This document shows positions 28,272-41,021 of a DNA stretch of 64,000 nucleotides, one piece after another. The position numbers and the translations under genes are program-made. Source of the stretch: Basidiobolus meristosporus CBS 931.73 (lineage: Eukaryota; Fungi; Basidiobolomycota). Within the stretch, counting starts at the first letter, position 1. Each line of letters starts with the position of its first letter. The stretch is taken from assembly GCA_002104905.1 (NCBI GenBank), contig MCFE01000178.1:78239-142238 (forward strand), in the 5' to 3' direction. Under the pieces are notes generated by a model. It did not search any database, had not been told where the DNA came from, and saw only the letters and a list, made by a program, of their open reading frames with translations.

Positions 28272-28919
28272 CTAGTCTATTTCCATGGAGTATATCCGCG
28301 GCGAGGTATTGTCTACCAAACTTGGCGGCGGTTCCATCTCCCCAAAACTCTTGCAGGAGGGAGGAGACGGAGTGGAAAAGGAGTAGTTATCCTTAGAGTG
28401 ACTAGTTGTCTACGATAAGGGAAGGCAGAGAAACATTTAGTGGGCGGAAACAGAGGTACACCTTTTAACGACACCTACCGTGACACCGTTTGCGGGCGTT
28501 TTTTTGGACTCGGTGTCCTTCATTGGGTTGTGTGACTTTGCCTTTCGACTGGCCTTGCTGGTTGCGTAATTCTCGCCAACTTCCTTCAAGGTTTCCCCGC
28601 TGCTCAAGTCAAAGATGCGAACCCCCTGGGAAAAACGAAAGGTTGCTAATGTAGAGTGCAGGAGCTCCTGTTCGGTGGGCGGAGGTGGACTGATACTAGT
28701 CTTGGTATCTACCTGTGAGGTCCGTGGGCGTTTGACCGGTCTTGAGGGATGCTTCGGGGGGATTTCTACAAAGTGGGACCGTTTACGCTTGAATTTTAGC
28801 GGGCTATGCGACACAACGGCAGAGAGGTCAAGGTTTGAGTATTCATGTGGAGAGTACGGGGAGCAACCCGTTGAGAAAAGGTTTCTCGATGGATAGGTGG
28901 GTGTTTGTGTCGATAGCAT
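28272..28919 (-). CDS. Hypothetical Pro/Ser/Lys-rich protein, 2 exons (start uncertain)
   Basis: ORF 28437-28991, first ATG at 28919. A GTAGGT...CTAA...CGTAG intron (28410-28478) splices in frame to a 46-codon exon ending at TAG 28272. No recognised domain. Confidence 0.45.
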
Positions 28920-30593
28920 ACTCAAGAGAGGGGGGCTGGGGGGGATGGGGCACTTTGGAACTGCAAATCCACACGGTATATGGGTTGACAAACAAGGCGT
29001 AACTGCCTCAGAAAAATCAGCAACAATAATGGGTTGAGACTAGGTGAAAATTGGGGGATGAGCAAGTCAGCACGTTGGCAACAAGAAATAGCAAGTCTGA
29101 GAAACCCGCTCAACCTGAGAAGCCGTCAATAGTGAACGGTTTTATTCCGGTGATAAAAAATTCGTTTCTTCCGATTATCAGCGTAACCATCGGCTTCCAC
29201 ATCAAAGGCGATCTTTTGTGACGAATGATTTCGATCCTAGCGAGTGGCGGTATTTGATCTGGTGGTAGGATGCTAGAAGATTCCAAAGCGTTGATCCAAT
29301 CCATGCCTTAGCCGTAAAAAAATCGCCTTCAAATCAGAGCAGAAAATGCTGAGGCGGTATATCAAATTCCCCAAATCTCGCAAACTTCCCAATTCACCAA
29401 GGTGGAAGTCTGATTTGCAGTGTGAACTGTGACCTCATTGAACACCATTGTTATGAACAAAGCGGTTTCAAGGTACAACAAAAAAAAGCCAATCAATGTT
29501 TCAGTTGGCTTGGAACGACCTCACGATATGAGCGTCAATCAGATTCGATCGCCCTTTGCAATCGGGATACAATGGATATATTTAGTAACGAAGGTTGGGA
29601 AGCCTACCAACCGAGAATATTCCTTCGTTCACTCAGAAGGGCGGACATTCAATTAAAGCAGTACTACTCCCCCCGCCTTCCCACCTCACTGTGGGATTTC
29701 CACCGTAGCTCCAGACAGTCACCGAGTGCGAATCCATGCTGCCACTACATCACCTAGATAGGCACTGTGGTTGGGCATTCACGAGCTGGGTCACCCATCG
29801 ATTGATCTCGAGGCCGGTCAACTCCAGTCTGGCGCAGGAGAGGAGAGACTGGCGTAGCACAATGTAGTGGGGAATAAAGGGGTGGCTGCTGGTGTTCACA
29901 CTTGGTTAGTCGTAATCAGCCAGGGGCGGTGGAGAGATACTGCTATTACGAACCGTGGATCCATTGGATAGAACAACGTTGTCCAAAAGTAGGCTGTTCT
30001 AGATGTTGGTCACACACTGATAAATGCCTGTGTTTACAATAATACACGCGAAATCCTAGATCTTATCAGAGTTAATCCGCCCTATAGATTAAGACCAGTT
30101 GATAGGTACTAGAGGCAGGCTTGGTAGTCTGCTAAATGAAGAAATCGAATCATCATGGGTGAGATCGAGATTTTATGCCTGATCATGACTATGGTATGTG
30201 GACCCCTACGCGCTGGTCAAGTTGCCTGCATCACAGTGAAAAGATTGGTTTGCAGCATTGTTAGAGCGAACGCTCATTGCTCTGACATCATCATTTCCTA
30301 ACCGACCGTTCTTCTCGGCCTTACAGATTGCTCGTATGCAGCAGGTTAGAATCAGCTTGGAAGGGACTGCACTGGTAAGGGTGCCTGGCTAACGTCGTAG
30401 CGATTCACCAGATTGACAAATTATGCATATTCTTCACGGATAATCCTCTACAGTCCTGTAATGGCATGAGATGATCATGCAGGGGAGGCATTCCAAGTCT
30501 GCAGCGAAATGATGGAGCGTGCACTTCCATTTTTGAATAAAACTGGTGGGGATCCTAGGTTGTTGATCATCTGGTATTTCCCATCACCTTCCT

Positions 30594-31552
30594 ATGTCTG
30601 TGATCCACACGCTGTTCTATGTTTTCCTGTTGTGCTGTCCGTTGATAATGGGGCATATGGAGATGATTGAACCTATTCCGCGAAGGTCGAAGTATGGGGC
30701 CGGCGATACTGCTGGGATTGATTATGATATGACTTCTCCTTTGGACAAAGAGGTGATTCAAACCAACGTTTTCGCACGACCCATGGCCAACCTTGACTAA
30801 TCATTCTGTAGAGACCGTATCCGTGCCGTGGCCACAGGGAAGGTCCTAGTGTTGCGGAGTATTCGTCAGGAGGCTCCATAAGGGTCAAGCTGGCAGGAAG
30901 CGCCTCACATAACGGCGGTCACTGCCAATTTTCACTCTCGATAGATGGCGGGAAAACCTTCATAGTAACCAAGACAGTGCTAGGAAACTGTATGGTTGGC
31001 AGTCTCGAGTACGATGTTCCCATTCCCAACACAGCCCCTAATGGAAAGGCCGTGTTGGGTTGGACATGGATCAACAAAACCGGTAATCGAGAGTATTACA
31101 TGAATTGCGCAGATATAACCATCAAAGATGGTACTGGCCAATGCATCAGTGGCCCCAAGAATTTTATCGCCAATCTCCCGGGCTATTCCGTTATTCCGGA
31201 ATTTACCAAGGACAACGCATACGTAGATCATTTTCAAAACCGCCCCTATGTTACCTCTTGCTCTACAAATGGGGATTCTCATGCCACGCAAGCTGATCCT
31301 GATCAGGAGGTTGAGTCTGAATATACCAGAAACCAAGATCAAGATCCAAACTCAGGCTCTGGTTCTACAGCTAAGGAGCAGGGAAAGCACCCAGAAGATG
31401 AGGAAGCCTCAACTGGCGGGCCATGTGAGGTGCGCTGTATTGATGGCCCTGTATATCAAGTTTGCGGGCACGGAGGAATGACTCCGTTTCGCATGAGGTG
31501 TGCACCAGGGACAACATGTCGCAAGCAACAAGGGCAAATTTTTTGCTTGTAA
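30594..31552 (+). CDS. Secreted AA11-like lytic polysaccharide monooxygenase with Cys-rich C-terminal module
   Basis: Signal peptide followed by His1 (…LIMG|HMEM). Second His motif SHNGGHCQFSLS and WTWINKTGNREYYMNCADI. Intron 30753-30811. Acidic linker, then C-terminal CEVRC...C...RCAPGTTC...C (CBM19-like). Confidence 0.85.
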
Positions 31553-31970
31553 CCTGGGAAGCCCCATAGACATCAATGCCTCCTATACCTAGCATCAGTC
31601 AATGTCATCCTTACAGTGGAACCTACGTTACACGAAATTTTGTCAGTCTTGCATCTACATAGCATTCATAGCGTTCATCCTCAGCAATTGCATACTAGCC
31701 ACAATTTCCCCTCTGCATCAGCTCTGATCAATGGCCTATTTCAACAATTTGCGCCCATGATCCTCGCCAATATTGTTCTTTCTAAATACAGTCAAATCAA
31801 CATTATCCCCAACTGACTGAAACTACTTTGGCATTTAGCTGGTGTTTTGCATTCAAACTTTCAATTGCAATTTTGGGGGAGGTAGTGAGCAGCTGATTAC
31901 CAGATTTGGTGTGGATGCTAGTTGGCATAGTGTTCTCCTGGAAAATATGACTGCTTGTTTACCAAATAGC

Positions 31971-32302
31971 TGTTGTAAAAATTCGTATTTCCACCTAAAT
32001 ATTCACCTAACTTAGTCACTTAGATCATTACCTTCAAATCCTAGAAAATACTGACCAAATTCCTTGTCGGGATTTACTTAGAATATTTACCCAGAACATG
32101 AAAATTTGATAAGTTGTTCAAACAGCCCCAAACTTTGCACACATGTTCTTGGGACCTTCCTTAACCTATTCTACGTGTTTGTAATGCCAAGACCAGGTAA
32201 AAGTACAAATACCACTTTTACATTCAATAAATCATTAAGTGAAAACCACATAATCTACTTGTTCTCCCAATCACTTCCAATATCTCCAAGACTCTTACAA
32301 CA
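31971..32302 (+). mobile_element. Solo LTR of the Copia family (332 bp)
   Basis: TGTTGTAA...TTACAACA termini, matches the LTRs at 34531 and 38908, perfect TSD ATAGC. Confidence 0.92.
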
Positions 32303-32309
32303 ATAGCTA

Positions 32310-33200
32310 GTACCTGAGGTATTGAGAGTGGTCAGTTATGAGAGCCTAGGAATTCCACTGACATTAAAATGGAATCCTGTTAGCCATTTCTTGATATTTT
32401 TCTTAGAGAATTGGAGCTTGTAAGAAGTATTTTGAGCAATGGATACCCTTTATATATCTTGCCAGTTCTTTCAGGTCTCTCAGATTCTTTGAAGGGCTCA
32501 TTCAGCTTGAAATGCCCCATGTGTACCTTGGTCACTGGAATTGGGATATTGTTGAAGAGCAAATGCATTGCTCCAGTCAAAAGCTTTTGCTCCAACTTAC
32601 TCCCTTCATGTTAAATATATTTGACTTTTGATTGATTTCTTATTTGGCTTATTGGCCTGTGTTGCCACAGCTTTGCTGCAATTGCATGTTGACCTCTGTA
32701 CATTTTGTCAGTGGAAAGATGACATACTGAACATTGGTGTGAATACATAAAATATGAGCAAGTTATAGAGTGAGTCCGCTAAATCTGACACATTTGGCTG
32801 CAAAACTATCCATTGTCCATAGAAAAGCTGATCAACATGTTGATATCTGGTGTATCTAGAATGCAGTAAATGACATGTACTTTGTCATGCTAGCCATATA
32901 TTAGTATCCCATTGGATAGCATACAAGTTCATCCAGTAATGACCACAGGTAGCCATCCAGATTGGACAGAATCTTAGGCCCAGATATCAGTGAGACCACC
33001 ATAAGATTACTGCTGTAATACCATAAGATTGGTGGCAGATTCAGGTTGGTGAGAATCAGTGGCCAGCAGGATTTGCTGGCAGAGTACTGCTTAATAATTA
33101 TGCATCATATGTCAAGGCAAAGTCATGGTCATGTGAAAGATTTCAAAGTTGGAATTCATTGAATACTAGTAGGTCTCAAGCTGATATTCTGTATGGTATT
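32310..33200 (-). pseudogene. CACTA/EnSpm-like (Tnp2-type) transposase fragment
   Basis: NLNLPPIL…SGPK motif region and HLLFNNIP…HMGHFKLN, homologous to the copies at 39240-40560 and 41022-42850. Many stops. Confidence 0.65.
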
Positions 33201-33770
33201 TTGCTGATACATAGCTAATGTTTCTGCTTCAAATTTTCAGTTGCACTTTTGGGTGGAAATAATGATCACCAGGCTTGGTGTGAATGCTAGTTTGCCCTAT
33301 GAGAAATAATTTGATACTTACAAGTGGATTCATTCCCAATCAGCCATTAGGATCCTGCAATGAGGCCATCATAATGTCAGCAGCTTGGAATTGGTGACCC
33401 TCTGCACAATCTTACAACAAGATCATGATGGTGTTTTGCTGTTTTTACTGCCAAATATTGTCATAAACTTCAGTGTTTCAATGGTATATTGTAAGGATTT
33501 CTATGGCATTCTGGAAGACTCAATGCAGTCTACATTTATTTGAGCAGACTTTGCCAGCTAGTACATAGAATTGCCTTATATGGAGAGAAACCTAATGGTG
33601 TTTTGACAGACTTGATGTGGACCTTTGCTGGCATTATCATGGCAGTACAGTGGTCTACTCTACCAATTTACAAGATGGTAGTTCATTTGTTGCCACCCCT
33701 GGTGTCATTCACATATTTACTGTGGAATTATGCCACTTTGTTTACATACCCATTACTAGCATGGGTATTC

Positions 33771-34118
33771 TTTTGTAAGAGTCTTGGAGATATTGGAAGT
33801 GATTGGCAGAATAGGTTGATTATGCAATTTTCACTTAATGATTATTTGAATGTAAAAGTAGTTTATATACTTTTACATAGTCTTAGCACAACAAGCATAT
33901 TGAGTATACTTAGGAAGGTCCCAAGAGCATGTGTACAAAGTTTGGCGTGGCTTGAACAACTTTGAGAATACTCATATCTGGGTATCTGATATATTGGTGA
34001 AAATATTCATAGTAAATCCCAACAAGTAATTTGGTCAGTATTCTCTAGGATCTGAAGGTAATGATCCAAGTGACTAAGCTAGGTGAATATTTAGGTGGAA
34101 TTACAAATTTTTACAACA
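33771..34118 (-). mobile_element. Solo LTR of the Copia family (long, 348-bp variant), inverted
   Basis: Reverse complement of the family LTR, perfect TSD TATTC (33766-33770 / 34119-34123). Confidence 0.9.
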
Positions 34119-34862
34119 TATTCCACATATTATGCAAATCAAAAAAAATATGGCCTCTTGCTTACTAACCTCTACATATGTACACACTTGCTGCAAATGA
34201 CACACTTCTATGATATCAGCTTTAGAGCTTTTCAGCTTGATACTTGCAAAGTTGCCATACACCTGGTATTGCATGTAGCCTATACATCTTGCAAACATAG
34301 GCTTGGTGCCACCACTGTTGCCATAATTATCTCTTGAGTATCCCCAAAATACTTTTTAGTACTTAGCCAATATAAATCTTCTTCCTGCTGGATTTTGTCC
34401 TGCATTTAGGTGTGCTATGACTGTTGGGTGTGTGAAATCTGTACCAAAGGGTGTAGAAATCAGCTTATACCCAGGGGAAACCCATCATACTTTGGTAAAG
34501 TTGCTCTAATAAAAGTTATTGGCTTGTCGTTGTTGTAAAAATTTGTATTTCCACCTAAATATTCACCTAACTTAGTCACTTAGATCATCACCTTCAAATC
34601 CTAGAGAATACTGACCAAATTCCTGGTTGGGACTTACTTAGAATATATACCCAAAACATGAAAATTCTCAAAGTTGTACAAACAGCCCCAAACTTTGCAC
34701 ACATGCTCTTGGGACCTTCCTTAACCTACTCCACATGCTTGTAATGCCAAGACCATGTAAAAGTATAAATACTACTCTTACATTCAATAAATTATTAAGT
34801 GAAAACCACATAATCTACTTGTTCTCCCAATCACTTCCAATATCTCCAAAACTCTTACAATA

Positions 34863-34874
34863 GGTTATGAGCCC
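34863..34874 (+). promoter_or_regulatory. Primer-binding site GGTTATGAGCCC (internal tRNAi-Met half-molecule type, as in Ty5/copia)
   Basis: Immediately follows the 5' LTR and matches the known GGTTATG(A/G)GCCC primer class. Confidence 0.8.
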
Positions 34875-37800
34875 CAAGCTGTCACTTGCTGCAATGTCTA
34901 CTACTGCTATTACTGGAATTTTTCCCTCTGCTGAAAAGTTGGATGGATCTAACTACCAAGTGTGGAAGGTGAAGATGAAGATGCTTCTACAAGAAAGAGG
35001 CCTTTGGGATATTGTCATGGGAGAAGAATGCCCTCCTAAAAGCATGGGAGAGGAAGCCTTGAAGTACCAGAAGAAAGAACAAAGTGCCTTTAACTGCATT
35101 TGCCTTAATGTTCAGGACAAATTGCTAATTCAATGCTCAAGAGCAAAAACGGCAAAGAATGCCTGGAAGGCATTAGAAGACACATACCAGTCATGTTCAG
35201 CTGCCAAGAAAATGTATCTGAGACAAAAATCCTTTAGTAAAAAGATGCTGCCAGGAGAAGAAATGAAAAATCTAATTAACAGAATTACCCTGCTGGTAGA
35301 TGAAATGAAATCTGTGGGCGTACCAACTACTGATGAGGATGTGCTAGTTACCGTCCTGAATAGCCTGACAGACAAGTTTCAGGGCCTTGTATCAGCCTTA
35401 GAGTCCAGAACTGAAGATTTGACCTTAAATTACGTATATGGAAGGCTCCTGTACAAAGAATTAAGAAAATCAAGTGCCAATAAGAAGGAAGAAGAAAATG
35501 CTTTAATAAGCAATGATAACCAACAAAGGAGGTACCCAAGACCCTACAAAGGCAACAGCAACCTGTTTTGTAACTACTGCAAAAGGAAAGGACACACCTC
35601 AGACCGGTGTCTCAAAAAGAAAGATAATTAGCAAAAGAAGCCTGAATTTGGAAATGCTGCTACAACTGAAGATAGACTATTCATGTCTGCACTAAATATG
35701 ACCACAAACAAGGATTCTCAGACGTGGCATATTGACTGTGGAGCATCTTAACACTTTACACACCAAAAAGAACTTTTTACCCCATATCAAGAAATTCCAA
35801 TTAAGAAGGTTTTCATGGGTGATGATAGAACACTTGATGCAGTGGGAGAAGGAACTATCCAAGTAAACCTTAGAAGCAGTGAAGGAAGCCATACACTGAC
35901 CTTCAAAGAAGTACTCTATGTACCAGAAATAGCTAAGAACCTACTCTCTGTAAGCAAGGCCACAGCGGAAGGACTCAGTTTCAGTTTTGACAATTCTGGA
36001 TGCAGGATCACTGATCAAAATGGTGCTTATATTGCTTTGGGCATCAGAGATCAGAATCTATACAGGTTGACTTATATTCCATCATATCTGGAAGCCAATA
36101 TAAGTAACTTAAATGAAGAAACACCAATGCTTTGGCATAAGAGATTTGGACACATCAATTTTGATTATTTGCGCAAAATGATCAAAGATCAGCTAATTTC
36201 TGGAGTGAAAATTGATCCCCCAGCTAATTTGGAGCACTGTGAAGCCTGCATATATGAGAAACAAGCCAGACAACTGTTCAAGAGCTCTGGGTTAATCAAA
36301 ACTAAGAAAAAATTAGATCTAATTCACTCAGATCTGTGTGGACCTATGCAAAATTTATCCTTAGGTGGGATGAAGTATTTAATCACTTTTATTGATGATT
36401 ATACAAGATACACATGGGTCTACTTCATGGAGAGAAAGGAAGAAGCTCTGTCTAAGCTCAGAGAGTTTAAAGCCATGGTGGAGAGAAAAACTGGTGAAAA
36501 AATCAAGAAAATACACTCTGACAATGGTGGAGAATATACCTCAAAACTCTCAATCCACTTCTGCAAAATTCATGGGATAAAGCAAGAGACTACTGTACCA
36601 TACTCCCCACAGCAAAATGGAGTAGCAGAACAAGCTAACAGATCAATAATTGATATGGCAAGATCTATGATCCATGATCAAAAATTATCCTATGATTTTT
36701 GGGCGGAATCAGTTGCCACCGCTGTATATCTTAAAAATAGGAGTTATAACAGAATACTTTGTGATTCTACTTCATTTGAAGCATGGTATAGATACAGACC
36801 AAGTGCCAAACATCTAAGAATATTTGGGTGTACAGCATATGCCAAAAAACTGGCCGGAAATCAGTCAAAATTTGAGCCAAAAAGTGTAAAATGCATATTT
36901 TTGGGCTACTGCAATGAGAGTAAGGCATACAGACTCTAAAATACCAAAGCAAAGAAGCTGATCAAGTCCAGGGATGTCTTGTTTAATGAAAATTCAAAGT
37001 TTTCACAGAAAATGACAGCAGATGATAACAAAAATTTGATCTCAAGTCCACCAATTGTCAGTATTGAATCAGAGCAAAACAATGAAGATTTTTTCTCTCC
37101 AGGGGACTCTACAACCATGGTTCAGCCAGAATCAGTGCCCAGGAATATCCCAGAAGTGATCATTCCAGTATCAAATGCCCGGAGATCCAATTGGACAAGA
37201 AATAGCCCAATTACTATATCAATGAGGGTACAAATTTAGCCAAGTTTAATTCCATCAGATTAATATAGGCTATTGCAGCCAAATATAAGTTTTTTATTCA
37301 TCAAATAGATGTAAAAACTGCATTTTTGAATGGAGAACTTGATGAGGATGTGTATATGGACCAGCTTGATGGGTTTGTTGACCAGGATAACCCTCATTTG
37401 GTCTGCAAGCTTAAAAGTCACTGTATGGTCTCAAACAATCACCAAGAGCCTGGAATTGAAAGATAGATTATTATTTGGAATCTTTGAGTTTCAAGAGGAG
37501 TAATGCTGACTATAGTACATACTATAAGCCCAATAGAGCAAGTCCAGTTCTATTAGCTCTATATGTGGATGATCTTATTATAGCTGCCAATAACCTAGAA
37601 ACATTGGAAGAGACTAAATCCAGCCTATCTAAGGAGTTCAAGATGTCCAATCTAGGAGAACTTAGTTACTACTTAGGGATTAAGTTCTCCATAAACAGAA
37701 GTACCCAGACTATCACCCTAAGCCAATCCAAGTATATTCAAGATATACTAAAGAAGTATAAAATGGAAGACTATAAACTGGCAGCTACCCCAATGGAGAC

Positions 37801-38896
37801 AAACCTTAACTTGGTCAAAACTCAACCAAATCAAGAGAGCTTGGTTCCATCTGAAAGCCCTGACTTTCCTTATCAATCTATGATCGGCAGTCTGATGTAT
37901 ATCATGCTTGGAACACGTCCAGATATCTCATATTTAGTGGGAGCTGTCAGCCAACATAATCAGAACTATGGATCTGATCATATTGCAGCAGTTGAGCGGA
38001 TTTTTAGATACCTAAAAGGAACTGCTGATATCTGCTTAAGATACACTTATAAGGATTCAGAACAGGATCTTGTGGGATACTCTGATGCTGATTGGGGACA
38101 AAATTTGGAAGACAGAAGATCCACCACAGGATTCACCTTTCTTTACTGTAAAGGAGCAATTTCATGGAATTCAAGAAAGCAACCAACTGTAGCACTTTCT
38201 GCTACAGAGGCAGAGTATATTGCAGCCTGTGAAGCTACAAAAGAAGCAATGTGGTTAAGAAAACAATTTACAGATTTAGGCCTATGTCAAAAAACGCCCA
38301 TTACTTTATTTCAAGATAATCAAGGATGTATACAATTAGGTAGAAGTCCAACTTTTCATGCTAGAACCAAGCACATAGATATTAGAAATCATTTCATATG
38401 TGAAGCTATAGAGAATAACTTAGTTAGCTTAGTTTACTGTCCTACAGATGAAATGATTGCAGACATATTTACCAGACCATTAGCTAGATACTGTTGTAAG
38501 AGTCTTGGAGATATTGGAAGTGATTGGGAGAACAAGTAGATAATGTGGTTTTCACTTAATAATTTATTGAATGTAAAAGTAGTATTTATACTTTTACATG
38601 GTCTTGGCATTACAAACACATAGAATAGGTTAAGGAAGGTCCCAAGAACATGTGTGCAAAGTTTGGGGCTGTTTGGACAACTTTGAGAATTTTCATGTTC
38701 TGGGTACCTGGTATTTTGGTGAAAATATTCTAAGTGAATCCCAACAAGGAATTTGGTCAGTATTCTCTAGGATTTGAAGGTGATGATCTAAGTGACTAAG
38801 TTAGGTGAATATTTAGGTGGAAATACAAATTTTTACAACAGAGACAAGTTTGAATATCTTAGGTCAAAATTAGGACTAGTCAGTATGAACATTTAG
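34867..38896 (+). pseudogene. Copia gag-pol with nonsense codons, deleted RT N-terminus and an LTR insertion
   Basis: KLDGSNYQVWK; CCHC knuckle CNYCKRKGHTSDRC; protease WHIDCGAS; integrase LWHKRFGHIN, HSDLCGP, DNGGEY, PQQNGVAE; [16 protein letters not shown]; RNase H YSDADW, KHIDIRNHF. Stops at 35629, ~35749 and 36937. Confidence 0.92.
38492..38840 (-). mobile_element. Inverted solo LTR (349-bp variant) nested in the RNase H of the same Copia family
   Basis: TSD GATAC/GAGAC. Removal restores RPLARDKFEYLRSKLGLV. Confidence 0.9.
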
Positions 38897-41021
38897 CTGA
38901 GTGGGAGTGTTGTAAAAATTTGTATTTCCACCTAAATATTCACCTAACTTAGTCACTTAGATCATCACCTTCAAATCCTAGAGAATACTGACCAAATTCC
39001 TTGTTGGGATTTACTTAGAATATATACCCAGAACGTGAAAATTCTCAATGTTGTCCAAACAGCCCCAAACTCTGCACACATGTTCTTGGGACCTTCCTTA
39101 ACCTATTCTACGTGTTTGTAATGCCAAGACCATGTAAAAGTATAAATACTACTTTTACATTCAATAAATTATTAAGTGAAAACCACATAATCTACTTGTT
39201 CTCCTAATCCCTTCCAATATCTCCAAGACTCTTACAACAGTTGTGTCCAACCCATCTTTGCATTACTTAACTGATTATCCATCCATTGGGGCTGTGTAGC
39301 TTCTTGATGCCCAAGGCATAGGTGTATCCATGTGCACTTATATGCACAATATTTTCCAACTCTTCCTGGCTTTCCACCATATGCCAGCCCAGCACATTCA
39401 TGACAGACTGGAAGATAATATTCTTGATGAAATTGGGATATGGCAGTAACTGCAACTTGTCTTGTTATCTCCCTACACATCTGCTCCATAGGAAACTCCC
39501 AACAGGTAACATAAGGTCCACTATTCACTGCACACTAAGCAAAATGCAGTAGAAAATTGATAAAGTAGTGGCAGAGATCTACATGTCAGCTTTATGCTTT
39601 TAGTAAAGCTGCTCAAGTCTTGTTACACACTCCTTGCATAAAAGTTGTAGATGCACTTGATTGGCATTAGTGATCTGCTTATGGATAGATATTCCTGATG
39701 TGTCAACATATGAATACTAATGTTTCCAATGTAATTTTGCTGGAAATTGCTTCAGAAGGCCACTTGAATAATTACATATCCAGGTCATCCAGTCCTTGCA
39801 TTTGTACCATAGCATATATGTATGAATATTGATTGGAGCTTGTGAGAAGTACTTTGGGTGGTAGATAATCTGTGATATCTTGCCAGATCTTTTGAATATC
39901 TCTGATATCTCAAAGAGCTCATTTAGCTTGAAATGCCCCATGAACAACTTGGTCTCTAGTATAGGGATATTGTGGAAAAGCAAATTCATTGCTCCCAGTG
40001 GAAAGCTTTTGCTCCAGCAACTACCTTCTATCCTTAGTATCTCCAGTTTCCAGCTTGTTCCATATTATGGCAATGGCCTATAGCTTACCAACTTTGCTGC
40101 AATTGCATGTTGACTTCTGTATGTTCTCTCTGTTGGAAGATCATGTTCTTAGTGTTGGTTTTTGGGAAATAATAATGTGTGTGAGTTATGGGGTATATCC
40201 TCTGGATCTCACACATTTGAGAGCAATACCATCTATTGTGCCCAGATAAGCTCACTATCCTGCTGAAGGCTGGGGTATCAATTACTAGTATCCCTCTGGA
40301 AAGCATACAAAACTCATCCAGCAATGGATACAGGTAGCTATCCAGGTTGGACAGTGATTTAGGCCCAGATACCAGTGAGATTACCATCAGATTTCTGCTC
40401 TGATGCTGTAAGATAGGTGGCAGATTCAGGTTGTTGTAAATCAGTGATGAGCAGGATTTGATCATAGAGTACTTGTTTAATGAAAATCTGACAAGTTTCA
40501 AGGCAATGGCTTGGCCATACATACGTTCAAAGTAGCCCTTACTTCTTAGTTGTATGTAATATTTGACATCAAATATAATGTAAATATTTGCGCTTGATTG
40601 ATACTAAGTGTCATACATTAAAGCTTCACAATATTTGTTGGACTGCATGAGCTTCTTAAGACAGGGTTTTACTGGAATATATCTGGAGTGTGAAGAAATT
40701 TTCTCCTTTAGTAGTAGACTCCTGACAAGTATGACACCTAGCAATGGGGCATTTTCTGATATGAATGCCATGCAATTGTTAACACACGCTGGTATCAGGA
40801 AAGTCTCTGGCGCTGTAATTATTGAGTTGTCACCTGAATATTCACACTAACTTATTCCCATAGATCTTATTCTTTGATTAGCATTCTGTTGTGACCAAAT
40901 TTCTTTTGGGATTTACTTACAGTATTTTTATCAAATTATCAGGTACCCATATTATGATCACTCTCAATGTTGTCCAAAAGCCCCCAAACTTTGCACACAT
41001 ATTCTTTGGACCTTCCTTAAC

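Larger units (their letters stand above)
34531..39239 (+). mobile_element. Ty1/Copia LTR retrotransposon with both LTRs, inactivated
   Basis: LTRs 34531-34862 and 38908-39239 differ at about 17 of 332 positions by my count. TSD GTCGT/GTTGT. PBS at 34863; PPT CTGAGTGGGAG at 38897-38907. Confidence 0.95.
33230..40560 (-). mobile_element. Decayed CACTA/EnSpm-like element split by the Copia element (34531-39239) and a solo LTR (33771-34118)
   Basis: NLNLPPILQ…LVSGPKSLSNLDSYLYPLLDE…DTPA…GHN..YC..C (40085-40522) and GPYVTCWEFPME (~39500). Sequence on both sides of the Copia is colinear with the + copy at 41022-42850. Confidence 0.7.

Noticed and set aside
35629-35637. Copia gag TAG-CAA as a TMV-type readthrough signal
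   Set aside because: Only a partial match to UAG-CAR-YYA, seen in one copy that has other nonsense codons. A simple mutation is more likely.
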